Source: an uncultured Verrucomicrobiae bacterium (lineage in GTDB: Bacteria > Verrucomicrobiota > Verrucomicrobiia > Palsa-1439). From it: DNA of 64,000 bases. Every line of letters begins with the position of its first letter. Within the stretch, counting starts at the first letter, position 1. The notes under the pieces were generated by a model. The model made no database searches. It worked only from the letters and a program-made list of their open reading frames with translations, and was not told where the DNA came from. Positions 29,418 through 39,609 of the stretch are shown one piece after another. The stretch covers positions 32,926 to 96,925 of the forward strand of contig CAWEWF010000009.1 in NCBI GenBank assembly GCA_963812605.1, given 5' to 3'. The translations under genes and the position numbers were made by a program.

Positions 29418-31209
29418 CTAATGGAGTGGATGGTGGAACACCAACAGCAGAACAAAAAAAAGTACAATGAGCAAGGGAATAAGCAACGTCAGGATTATGC
29501 CCTGATATTTGCTCCAGCCTTGTTTCCAAGGGACCTGGGCCTGCAATCGCTCGGCGCGGCCGGTGACGATCACACTGTCGGGATTGTCAATCTCGGTCTT
29601 CATCTCCGGGGCTGAGGTGTAGCGTTTGGCAGGATCGCGTTCCATCGCGTGCAGGATGATTTCTTCAATTTGCGGGGACAGTTCCGGGTTTACTTTCCGT
29701 GGCGCGATGGGATCGCTAATAAGGCGCGCGTTCATGACAACAAGTGGGTTCTCACCCTCGAAAGGCTGGCGGCCGGTGAGCATTTCGTAGAGGATGGCCC
29801 CGAGGCTGTAGATGTCCGTGCGCGCATCGCCGCGCTTGCCCTTGACCTGTTCGGGCGCCATGTAATCGGGCGTGCCCATGGCGGGCGTAAAACCGGTGTA
29901 GGTGATGCGCCGGCCTTCACCGCCGCGGGCGATGCCGAAGTCCATAAGCCGGATCGTGCCGTCGTAGCACATCATGATGTTTTGCGGTTTGAGGTCGCGA
30001 TGGGTGACGCCCCGTTCGTGCAGGTAAGCGAGCGTGTCGCAGAGGCGGCTGGCGAGTTTCAGCGCGTCAGCAACCGGCATGGGACGGATGCTGGTGAGGA
30101 GGTGGGCGAGCGTGTAGCCGCGCAAGTATTCCGTGACGATGTACGGGCGCGACTTCTTCTCAACGGGAACGAACTTAAGAGTGCTGGGATGGTTGAGCTT
30201 TAAACCGATTTCCTCCTCGCGCTGAAAACGGGCAAAGAAACCAGGGTCACTCTCGAACTGCATGAACGGGACTTTCACGGCTACCATCTGCTTCGTCTGG
30301 CGGTCCGTGGCGCGGTAGATGGTCGCCATGCCGCTGCGGCTGATCATCTCGTGGATAAAGAAGCGGTCGTCGAGAAGCTGGCCGGCTTCGATCTCGCCGG
30401 TGACGGGTTTTTCCGCGGGGGCGCGGTACATCGGCACGCCGCGGTAATAACCGACGGCTTCGATTTCATCGATTTGAATCACCTGGGCCGAGACGTTGTC
30501 CTCCGTGCCGCGTTGTTCCGCGAGCGCGATCAATTGGCGGCAAGCCGGCGCGGGCGCGTAACGGCCGACAATGTTGCAAATCTCGCCATCTTCCACACAG
30601 GAGTGCAGGCCGTCCGAACACAAGACGATCCGGTCGCCCTTCTGGACGGCGACATCTTCGACGTCCACGCGAATCACGGGTTCCTGTCCGACACTGCGGG
30701 TCAGAATCGAGCGGTTCTCACTGCGCTTCGCATCTTCCTCGGTGATCAAGCCCGAACTTGCGCTGCATGGCGACGTAGGAATGGTCCGTCGAGATCTGCT
30801 TGATCTCACTGCGGCGCACAAGATAGACGCGCGAATCGCCCACATTCCCGACCGTAACATGGTCGTTGCGAAGGATGGCGGCGGCAAGCGTGGTGGCCAT
30901 GCGTTGGGAGCCGTGGTTTCCCATGCCTTTGTCATAGACAGCAAGATTGGCGACATTGAAGATTTGCATGAGCAACTGCTGCGGCGTCGTGTCACCCTGG
31001 GCTTCCCGAAAGGTCTTCAGTGTTTCCTCAACGGCCAACCGACTGGCGACCTCGCCGTGGCCCTGGCCACCGACGCCGTCAGCGAGCACGGCGATGGCGC
31101 CGCGGTTGCGCTTTTCGTCGAGCGTTTCCGGTTGCCAGAAGCCGACGTAGTCCTCGTTGTGCGGACGGACGGTGCCGGCGGAAGAGAGTTCTGCGTAGGT
31201 CAGTTCCAT
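29418..31209 (-). CDS. PP2C phosphatase / Hanks Ser/Thr kinase fusion with C-terminal TM; frameshift near 30760
   Basis: RPHNED, LADGVGG, NVGDSR, LCSDGL, EDNVS (PP2C); VAVK, HRDLKPQN, DFG, GTPDYMAPE (kinase). Confidence 0.9.
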
Positions 31210-31224
31210 GCCATTGCGCCGCTC

Positions 31225-31253
31225 ACGCTACCTGTGAGCCATTCCCGATGCAA
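31225..31253 (-). promoter_or_regulatory. Putative sigma-70 promoter of the PP2C/kinase gene
   Basis: TTGCAT-N17-TAGCGT; the same -10 hexamer occurs in front of the RAYT. Confidence 0.45.
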
Positions 31254-31261
31254 GCCGGATG

Positions 31262-31301
31262 AAAACGGAAACGGTCGTCCCGATTTGACCGGGACGACCG
31301 T
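31262..31301 (-). terminator. Intrinsic terminator after APC permease 1
   Basis: 12-bp stem ACGGTCGTCCCG/CGGGACGACCGT followed by TTCCGTTTT on the minus strand. Confidence 0.65.
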
Positions 31302-31327
31302 CTCGAACCGAATCAGCCGTGACCGAC

Positions 31328-33341
31328 CTACAGCACAATCGCTGTGCCAATGGGTTTGCTGGAGAGTATCGCCTCGCGGCCTTTGGACTTGCTGGACTTC
31401 ATGAAGTAGAACGCCCCGTACGCACCCCACAGTGCCACGACCACGAGCGCGATGTAGGGTTCATGCCAGCTCATGCCGCTGACCGAGAACGGCCCGACCA
31501 AGTAGAAGATCATGCAGCAGAGGTTTGCCAGCAATCCGAACAGCGGCACAAGGAAGTGCTTGATGCCGTTGAACATGTGGTGCTCCTTGAAGGCCACCAT
31601 CGCCACGATACAGGTCGTCATGTAGAGCAGGAACGTGCCGAAGTTGCTGATCAGCGTGATGATGACCAATGAGTTGGGCAGACTGACGTAAGCTTCCGGT
31701 TTGAAGATCCCGAAACTGTACCAGAAGTTATGCTTGTCCAGCGCCGCCAGCGGTGTGCTTTGCGCGCCGAGGTACATCGTTACCGTAGCGATGCCGATGA
31801 AGATCGAGATGATCGATAGGGTCCAGATCGCGCGGTACGGCGAGAGCGTTTTGCCATGCAACAAGCCGAAGTGCGACGGTACCTCTTCATCACGACCCAT
31901 GGCGTAGGTCACACGGGCGCCGGTGTTAATGCAGGACAAGGTGGTGCCGATCAGAGCCAGGAAGACGGTAACGGCCTCGATCAACATGAACGCCCGACCC
32001 GCCGAATAGCTGCCGAACAGCCACGTGCCGACGATGACCATCATGTCGCCCAGGGGCGCGCCGGAAGCGCCGGCGTTCGTGAGACCATAGCCGCTATTCA
32101 GGAAGAAGTTCGTCGAGAAATACTCGAACAGGTAACAGAAGGCGCCCTGGATCGCCAGGGACAGCAGCACCGCCCACGGAATGTGCCGCTTGGGATCCTT
32201 CGCCTCTTCCCCCATCGAGGTCACGGATTCGAAACCGACCAAGAGTAGAATTGCGATACACGCCTGGATGAACACGAAGTTAAAGCCATGGGGCGCGAGA
32301 ACCGAGCTGGCGCTGGTATGGAAGTTGAATGTTTGGGGAGTCTTGGGGTCGCCCAGCCTTGCCTGAGACGGCATCCTCGGGCTTGTAGCTCAGCGTGAAT
32401 GGCACCGGAATCGCTTTACCGTCCTTGTCCAGGACCAACTTGCCCTTGTCGTCTTTTTGCAACACGGGATACGGATCGCCCTCGGAGAGCGACGCGGGAA
32501 GGGGGATGTCTTTGTTGGCCAGATCATCTTTGGTGACCTGACGGTCCTGTGTTTTATAGATCGGTTGTCCTTTGTCGTCGACCTTGGGCGAATTGTCCGC
32601 CCACGAGTCTTGCACGGGCTTGCCCTTGTCGTCGGTGACGTTGACCTGATCAACCTGATAGGCGACCGGCGTTCCGTTGGACAATTGGAACCCGACAGAG
32701 TCTTGCGGGTGATGAAGGCGATAGCCAATGGCGATTACCGAGAATACAATCAGCGCGGTGATCTGGATGACGTTGATCGCTATGTTGACCGCCGTACTGC
32801 CATTCACTCCGCGGAAAGCGATGTAACCGACTCCCAAGGAAAACACGCCACAGAACAGATACATGAAGAGCGGACTGTAATACGTGCTACTAAAGGTGTC
32901 CGGCCAAAACTGATTGGCCAGATACCCGGCGATAATCGCCGTCACGCCCACCATCAAACCCGGATAGACCCAGTAATACAAGTGGCTGGCCCAGCCGGTA
33001 AAGAACTTGATGACGCGCGCGAACTTGAAGGCCTTTGACTTGGAGAGGAACGCCTGTTCCGCGAAGAAGTAGGACGAGCCGGCGCCCGGATACAGCTTCG
33101 ACAACTCCGCGTAGCTGATGGCCGTCGCAAAGCACAGCATCAGCGCGGCAAAGAGGCCGAACCACATCGCACAGCCGGCCATTGGCGCGCCATAGAGCGC
33201 CTGCTCCTGATAGGTCAGCCACAGAAATGCTCCCGGCGCGATCAGCGCCATCGCGTTGATCGTCAGCCCCGTTAGCCCGAGGGTTCCCTTTGTCTGGGGT
33301 TTCGCTTCTCCCCCGCCTGGTGTTGGTGGTACCATTGCCAT
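31328..33341 (-). CDS. APC-family amino acid/amine permease, paralogue 1; frameshift near 32360
   Basis: NAMALIAPGAF, ISYAELSKLYPGAGSSY, VGFESVTSMGEEAKDPK, GARVTYAMGRD. Confidence 0.88.
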
Positions 33342-33474
33342 TTTGGTCTCCTTAGCTCTACAGGTTTTTATTTTTTCTTAATTCGCCGACTGTCACGCGT
33401 CGTCGCTGCCTGGCACGCCGACCGCCGTAATCATCGCCGGAGCGAATCCGCACACTCGCCTGCGTCGACCGTTT

Positions 33475-33490
33475 AGCGTTAGGCGTGCCA
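33475..33490 (-). promoter_or_regulatory. Sigma-54 promoter of APC permease 1
   Basis: TGGCACGCCTAACGCT (GG-N10-GC). Confidence 0.75.
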
Positions 33491-33578
33491 GCGGAAACGG
33501 GAATATTAAGAACTCATTAACGGGCAGAGGCTTTCGCGAATTGTTCGAGATGAGAGGGCCGTCCCCGTCAGACGGTTG

Positions 33579-33595
33579 TTACCCAGCGTGGACAA
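33579..33595. promoter_or_regulatory. Palindromic upstream activator site 2
   Basis: TTACCCA-GCG-TGGACAA, 88 nt upstream of the -24 element. Confidence 0.7.
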
Positions 33596-33722
33596 AAAAA
33601 AACACTTCACCCGTGTCGGAGTTGCAGGTCAAAAACAACAACCCGTCGCGCCTCCGCAGGCGTCTTAACAAACTATGAATTGTACAGTTTTTTTCTGTTG
33701 GTTAAGAAGACCAAACACTCTT

Positions 33723-35132
33723 TCAGCAGTCGTAATACATGAAGAACTCCCACGGATGGGGCCGCAGGCGAATTTGATCCTGTTCCTTGCGTTTCATTTC
33801 CAGCCACGTTTCGATCACGTCCTCGGTGAAAACGTCGCTTTGCAGCAGGAATTTGTGGTCCTTTTCCAGCGCGTCGCAGGCTTCCGTGAGGCTTGATGGC
33901 ATGGACGGCACTTTCTTGAGCTCCGAAGCCGACAGCTCGTAGATGTTCTTGTCGAGCGGCTCGCCGGGATCAATTTTGTTTTGAATACCGTCGAGTCCGG
34001 CCATTAGCATGGCGGCCAACGCAATGTACGGGTTGGCGGCCGGGTCCGGCGGGCGGTACTCGATACGTTTGGCTTTCGGGCTTGGTGAATAGGTCGGGAG
34101 TGCGCACGGCTGCCGAACGATTTCGGCTGGAGTAGGCCAGGTTGACGGGCGCCTCAAAGCCCGGGGTCAGGCGTTTGTAACTGTTAACGATCGGGTTGGT
34201 AAACGCGGCCATGGCCTTGGCGTGTTTCAGGATGCCGCCGATGTAGTAAAGGGCGAGCTGGCTTAAACCGGCATACTCGTTGCCCGCAAACAACGGCTTG
34301 CCTTTTTTCCACAAACTCTGGTGGGTGTGCATTCCCGAACCGTTGTCACCGAACAGCGGCTTCGGCATGAAAGTCACGGTTTTGTTGTGGCGCCTGGCAA
34401 CGTTTTTGACCACGTACTTGTACACCATCATGTCGTCAGCCATCGCGACCAGATTGTTGAAACGCAGGTCGATTTCGGCCTGGCCCGCGGTCCCGACTTC
34501 GTGATGCTCGCGTTCCACCGTCAGCCCGCAATCCTTCATCACGGTGATCATCTCATTGCGGATGTCCACCAGCGTATCCTGCGGTGGAACCGGGAAATAA
34601 CCTTCCTTGTGGCGGATCTTGTTGCCGAGGTTGGGCGCTTCTTCACGGCCCGTGTTCCAGATGCCCTCCACCGAATCGACGTAGTAGTAACCACTTTGGG
34701 AATTCTGGCCGAAACGGACGTCATCGAAAATGAAGAACTCGGCTTCCGGACCGAAGTAGGCCGTGTCCGCGATCCCCGTCTGCTGCAGGTACGCAACCGC
34801 CTTGCGGGAGATATTGCGCGGGTCGCGCGTGTAAGGCTCGCGCGTGATTGTGTCGATGGCATCCGCGGTGATGCTCAACGTTGTAACCTTGGGGAAGGGA
34901 TCAATGAACGCCGTGGCGGGATCAAGAATCAGAAGCATGTCACTGGATTCGATCGATTTCCACCCGCGAATGGATGACCCGTCAAAGCCCACGCCCGCCT
35001 TAAAGGTTTCCTCTTCTATCTCGGCAACGGGCATGCAAAAGTGCTGCCAAGTTCCCAGGAAATCACAGAACTTGATATCAACGAGTTGTACGTTCTTGGT
35101 CTTACACAGTGCCAGGACTTCTTTCGGTGTCA
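33723..35132 (-). CDS. glnA: Glutamine synthetase type I; frameshift near 34100
   Basis: [70 protein letters not shown]; adenylylation-type DKNIY. Confidence 0.96.
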
Positions 35133-35197
35133 TATTTTCCTCCACTTAACCCGCTTGCGTCGCGCGCACGGTCTGTTGATTTCCTTTTCGTTTTCGA

Positions 35198-35238
35198 CCT
35201 GAATCGGGCCGACCAAGGGAAGGCCGACCCGATTCAGG
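35198..35238 (-). other. Strong intergenic hairpin between APC permease 2 and glnA, without a U-tract
   Basis: CCTGAATCGGGTCGGCC/GGTCGGCCCGATTCAGG stem with G-U pairs on the minus-strand RNA. Confidence 0.55.
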
Positions 35239-35252
35239 CCATAGATTGCGAC

Positions 35253-37226
35253 CTACAGAGCCAGCGCGGTTATCGCCGGCTTGCTGGTGAGTATTGTTTC
35301 CCGGCCCTTGGCCTTGCTGGACTTCATGAAGTAGAAGGCCCCATAAACACCCCACGCGGCGCACACGCCGAGCGCGATAAACGGTTCCTTCCAGCTCATG
35401 CCCGCCACAGTGAACGGCCCGATTAGGTAGAACAGCATACAAGCGAGGTTGGCAACCAGTCCAAACAGCGGGACGAACATGTGCTTGAATCCGTTGAACA
35501 AGTGGTGCTCTTTGAAGGCCACCATCGCGACCACGCACGTGGTCATATACAGCAGGAACGTGCCGAAGTTGCTGATCAACGTAATGATGACCAGCGTGTT
35601 GGGGATCTTGGCGTACGTTTCGGGACTGAAGATGCCGAAGCTGTACCACATGTTGTGATACTTCGGATCCAACGCCGATGGCGTTGTGCCGCCGAGGTAT
35701 ACCGCCACGGTGACGATGCCGAGAACTGCCGACAACGCAGCCAGCGTCCAGATGGCTCGGTATGGCGAGAGCGTCTTCCCGTGTAACAAGCCGAAGTGCG
35801 AGGGCACCTCCTCGTCGCGGCCCATTGCATACGTCACCCGCGCGCCGGTGCTGAGGCAGGACAACGTTGTGCCGATGAGCGCGAGGAACACCGTGAACGC
35901 CTGGATGAGCATGAACGCCCGTCCTGCCGCATAGCTGCCGAACATCCACGAGCCGACAATGACCATCATGTCGCCGATCGGGGCGCCTGACGCGGCGGCG
36001 GTGGGCATCGTGTAGCCATTGTGGAGGAAATAGTTCGCCCCGAAATACTCGAACAGGTAGCAAAAACCACCCTGAATCGCCAGCGACAGTAACACCGCTT
36101 TCGGAATGTCCTTCTTCGGATTCTTCGCCTCTTCCCCCATCGCTGTGACGGATTCAAATCCGACGAGGATGAGGATCGCGATGCAAGCTTGAATGAACAT
36201 GAAGTTGAACCCGTGTGGAGCAATGACCGACGCGGCAGTCGGATGCCAGTTGAAGGTGGAAATCTTCGTCGCCGGATCGGTTGTTGTGCCTCCGTCCGCC
36301 CCATAGTCAACGGTAAAGGGTGCCGCCAGTTTCAGGTCGGTCACGGGCTTGCCATCTTTGTCGGCCCCGACGGGATTGCCATCCTTGTCCTGCGAATCCT
36401 GCATCTGCATCTGGAACGTTGGCTGACCTTTATCATCAAGGACCGGTTTGTTGTTGGCATCCAATTGCGGCACGGGCTTGTTGTTGGAATCCAGTACGGG
36501 TTGCGGTACGCCCTTGTCATCTTTCACGACTTCCTGGGCGACCTGATAAGGCACTGCAACGCCGTTGGACAAGTGCCAGCCCTGCGAGCCTTGCGCGTGG
36601 TGCATCCGATAACCAAGGGCCATCACCGTGAACACCAGCAGCGCGGTGATCTGGATTATGTTGATCGCCAAATTGACGCCCGTCGTGCCGCCGACGCCGC
36701 GAAACGCGATGTACGCCACGCCGAACGCGAACACGATGCAGAATAAAACCATGAAAAGCGGACTGTTATACGAACTACTGAATATGTCCGGCCAGAACTG
36801 GTTCAGCAGATACCCGCCCAAGATCGCCGTCACACCCACCATGCAACCCGGATACACCCAGTAGTACAAGTGACTGGCCCATCCCGTGAAGAATTTGGCT
36901 ACGCGCGCGAACTTATACGCGTGCGTTTTGGACAGGAACGCCTGCTCCGCATAGAGATACGACGAGCCGGCGCCGGGGTAGAGCTTGGACAATTCCGCGT
37001 AGCTGATCGCCGTCGCGAAGCACAGCAGCAGCGCCGCGACGATGCCAAACCACATCGCGCAGCCTGCCATCGGCGCTCCATACAGGGCTTGAATCTGATA
37101 GGTCAACCACAAGAACGCGCCCGGCGCGATCAGCGCCATCGCGTTTGACGTCAGACCCGTCAACCCCAGTGTTCCTGTTGTCTTGGGCTTCTCAGCCCCG
37201 CCACCTGCTTGTCCTGCTGTTGCCAT
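35253..37226 (-). CDS. APC-family amino acid/amine permease, paralogue 2
   Basis: Same motifs as paralogue 1; intact 657-aa ORF immediately upstream of glnA. Confidence 0.9.
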   Translation of the reverse strand: MATAGQAGGGAEKPKTTGTLGLTGLTSNAMALIAPGAFLWLTYQIQALYGAPMAGCAMWFGIVAALLLCFATAISYAELSKLYPGAGSSYLYAEQAFLSKTHAYKFARVAKFFTGWASHLYYWVYPGCMVGVTAILGGYLLNQFWPDIFSSSYNSPLFMVLFCIVFAFGVAYIAFRGVGGTTGVNLAINIIQITALLVFTVMALGYRMHHAQGSQGWHLSNGVAVPYQVAQEVVKDDKGVPQPVLDSNNKPVPQLDANNKPVLDDKGQPTFQMQMQDSQDKDGNPVGADKDGKPVTDLKLAAPFTVDYGADGGTTTDPATKISTFNWHPTAASVIAPHGFNFMFIQACIAILILVGFESVTAMGEEAKNPKKDIPKAVLLSLAIQGGFCYLFEYFGANYFLHNGYTMPTAAASGAPIGDMMVIVGSWMFGSYAAGRAFMLIQAFTVFLALIGTTLSCLSTGARVTYAMGRDEEVPSHFGLLHGKTLSPYRAIWTLAALSAVLGIVTVAVYLGGTTPSALDPKYHNMWYSFGIFSPETYAKIPNTLVIITLISNFGTFLLYMTTCVVAMVAFKEHHLFNGFKHMFVPLFGLVANLACMLFYLIGPFTVAGMSWKEPFIALGVCAAWGVYGAFYFMKSSKAKGRETILTSKPAITALAL

Positions 37227-37357
37227 GTTGGTCTCCTTACGCTCCGTATTTTAATAGTTTTTTTACTCGCCGATTCACTTGCGTCGCTGCTGTCCAACAT
37301 GCCGAACGCTCAATGATTATCGGGTGGAACCCACACACTCGCCTGCCTGCACCCTTT

Positions 37358-37373
37358 AGCGTCCGCTGTGCCA
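37358..37373 (-). promoter_or_regulatory. Sigma-54 promoter of APC2-glnA
   Basis: TGGCACAGCGGACGCT (GG-N10-GC). Confidence 0.75.
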
Positions 37374-37461
37374 GCCCGGAGGTGAGTATTAAAAAAACGT
37401 TAAAGGCCAACGGGTTTCGTAAACTGCGTTCGGCAGGGCATGACCCGTCAACAGAATGTTG

Positions 37462-37478
37462 TTGTCCACCGTGGTCAA
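37462..37478. promoter_or_regulatory. Palindromic upstream activator site 3
   Basis: TTGTCCA-CCG-TGGTCAA, 88 nt upstream of the -24 element. Confidence 0.72.
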
Positions 37479-37580
37479 AACGGGACAGAACCTCTCTCCA
37501 GCAGCGGGGTGTGACCTGTCAGTATCGGATCGTTGTTTTACGTCTGGAGTTTCGGAGCTCTTTCAGGCAAATTCGCCGGC

Positions 37581-37637
37581 GGCGATGGGGTTCGCCTGCA
37601 ACCGTCCTGGATACTTTCGGGACTGATGACTCCTACC
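37581..37637 (+). ncRNA. Fluoride (crcB) riboswitch
   Basis: GGCGATGGGGTTCGCC...AACCG...CTGATGACTCCTAC consensus, directly before crcB. Confidence 0.92.
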
Positions 37638-37655
37638 AACTGCGCAAAGGATGAC

Positions 37656-38081
37656 ATGTTCGGATTGTTACTGTTGGTTTTTGGAGGAGCGCTCGGCACG
37701 CTGGCCCGCTATGGCCTTAATGGCCTCATCTCCGAGCACACGTCGAAACATCCATTGGCGGCGATCTTTCCGCTCGGCACGCTCGTCGTCAATGTCAGCG
37801 GCTGCTTCGCCATCGGTGTGATCGCCGCCATCAGCGGTCCGGCGACGGGGCGCGCGTGGATCAAATCCGAGTGGCGCGATTTTCTCACGATTGGGTTTTG
37901 CGGCGGATACACCACGTTCTCCAGCTACGGACTGCAAACCCTCAACCTCGCGCGCGATGGCGAATGGCTGGCGGTCACCCTGAACATCGTCGGCTCCAAC
38001 GTGCTCGGCCTGCTCGCCGTTTATCTCGGCTGGGTCTGCGGTCGCGCGCTCCAGGCAAAACTCCACGGAGGTGCATTATGA
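37656..38081 (+). CDS. crcB: Fluoride channel Fluc
   Basis: GGALGTLARY, FPLGTLVVNVSG, GFCGGYTTFSS. Confidence 0.95.
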   Translation: MFGLLLLVFGGALGTLARYGLNGLISEHTSKHPLAAIFPLGTLVVNVSGCFAIGVIAAISGPATGRAWIKSEWRDFLTIGFCGGYTTFSSYGLQTLNLARDGEWLAVTLNIVGSNVLGLLAVYLGWVCGRALQAKLHGGAL

Positions 38082-38419
38082 AACTCGAAGGTGAAGGCTG
38101 TCTCTTACGGATCTATCTCGGCGAACTCGACAAGTGGCATCATCAGCCGCTCTACGAAGCCATCGTGCTCAAGGCGCGCGAACTGGGTCTGGCGGGCGCG
38201 ACCGTGCTACGCGGTCCGATGGGCTTCGGCGCGAATTCGCATCTGCATACGGCGAAGATTCTCCGACTCAGTGAAGATTTGCCAATTCTTATCGAGATCG
38301 TCGACAAGGAAGAAAAGATCAACGCGTTCCTGCCCGAACTTGACAAAATCATGGGTGACGGGCTTGTTACTGTCGAAAAAGTGCATATCATTCACTATCG
38401 CGGTACCGCCCCATCGTAA
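38078..38419 (+). CDS. DUF190 (PII-like) protein
   Basis: LRIYLGELDKW, GLAGATVLRG..GFG, LSEDLPILIEIVD; usual crcB partner. Confidence 0.9.
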   Translation: MKLEGEGCLLRIYLGELDKWHHQPLYEAIVLKARELGLAGATVLRGPMGFGANSHLHTAKILRLSEDLPILIEIVDKEEKINAFLPELDKIMGDGLVTVEKVHIIHYRGTAPS

Positions 38420-38434
38420 AATCATTTCCCTGCC

Positions 38435-38725
38435 ATGCGGCCAGCCTACCGTTCCATTACCAAACATACGACGTTCCGACTCAACGCCCCGGAGGCGAAC
38501 GAGGTCCGGGTGCTTGTGTGTTTGATCAAAGATGACGCGAAACCCATAACTCGCGCCTTGCACAAGGGACTCGACGGCGTCTGGAGTCTGCGGACGGAAC
38601 TGGCCCGCGGGCGTTATGTCTATCGTTTTCTCGTGGACGGCAGTCCCGCGCTCGATCCATCCGCCCACATCGAGGTGGAGGACGACCAGGGCGGCAAGTG
38701 GAGCATGCGCGAGATCGGGCATTGA
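38435..38725 (+). CDS. CBM48 / isoamylase early-set (glycogen-binding) domain protein
   Basis: TTFRLNAPEANEV...DGVWSLRTELARGRYVYRFLVDG...DP. Confidence 0.75.
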   Translation: MRPAYRSITKHTTFRLNAPEANEVRVLVCLIKDDAKPITRALHKGLDGVWSLRTELARGRYVYRFLVDGSPALDPSAHIEVEDDQGGKWSMREIGH

Positions 38726-38829
38726 AGCGAAACGGCGCACCGGTCCGCAGTAGAGCGGGCTGGCTTGGTTTTCTACCGGCTCCCAGAGATCCCGGCTCTC
38801 TTGATGGCGGACTGTCTTCTGGTCTTACG

Positions 38830-39459
38830 TTACGCGCGCTTGCGTTTGAGGAGGGGCCAGAGCAACAGGGCTCCGGCGGCGGTGAGCAGCAGCGGGGAAG
38901 GTTCCGGCACAAATTCGAAGGTGAAATTGTCCATGACAAAGTGGGTCCCGGGAATGCCATTAAAGGCTGGGTCACCGCCAAATGAGTTGAAATAGAGACG
39001 GTCGATGTCCATGTAATTGAATGTGAATAACGTGGGAGCTGTCACGCTGACTACAACCGTTGTGTCGTAGAGCAGGGTGTTGCCACTAAACCCCTGCACT
39101 TCGATATTCAGGTTGCTGTTCCACGCAGCAGTGAGGTAGGAGCCAAGAAAATTAAAATTCGTTCCGGGCGAATCGATCTCTGACGGACTACCTCCGGCGT
39201 TAAGAGCGACGTTGGAACTTGACACAAGGCCGTAATAATAACCGTTCGTGATATGAGAATTGCTGGGAAACAGAATACCATTCACAACCGCGAAATTACT
39301 CCAGACAAGCCCGTGGTAGCTATTCGCAAGAAACTCTCCGGTGCCGTTGTTTAGCGGGATATCGTCGAAGGTGATGACGGTTTGCGAACGGCTTGAAGCG
39401 GAAGAGAAAACGAGCAGTGTGAGAATAGAGAGCGGCAGTAGGAATAACTTCGTGTTCAT
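38830..39459 (-). CDS. PEP-CTERM surface protein
   Basis: Signal peptide, ITFDD, C-terminal VPEPS-hydrophobic-KRKR. Confidence 0.9.
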   Translation of the reverse strand: MNTKLFLLPLSILTLLVFSSASSRSQTVITFDDIPLNNGTGEFLANSYHGLVWSNFAVVNGILFPSNSHITNGYYYGLVSSSNVALNAGGSPSEIDSPGTNFNFLGSYLTAAWNSNLNIEVQGFSGNTLLYDTTVVVSVTAPTLFTFNYMDIDRLYFNSFGGDPAFNGIPGTHFVMDNFTFEFVPEPSPLLLTAAGALLLWPLLKRKRA

Positions 39460-39542
39460 TACATCTTCCCTTTCCGTTCCTCAGAGAGGAACATAGCAGC
39501 GAATGCGGCCCGAAGCCAGAGAATTCGCGGCAATCGAGACTG

Positions 39543-39567
39543 TCGGCGGTAACAGGCCGTCGCTACA
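39543..39567 (-). repeat. Single GTAG-type REP
   Basis: Minus strand TGTAGCGACGGCCTGTTACCGCCGA. Confidence 0.5.
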
Positions 39568-39609
39568 ATCGCTGGATCTGGCATGACGTGTGACACATGT
39601 GTTACAACT

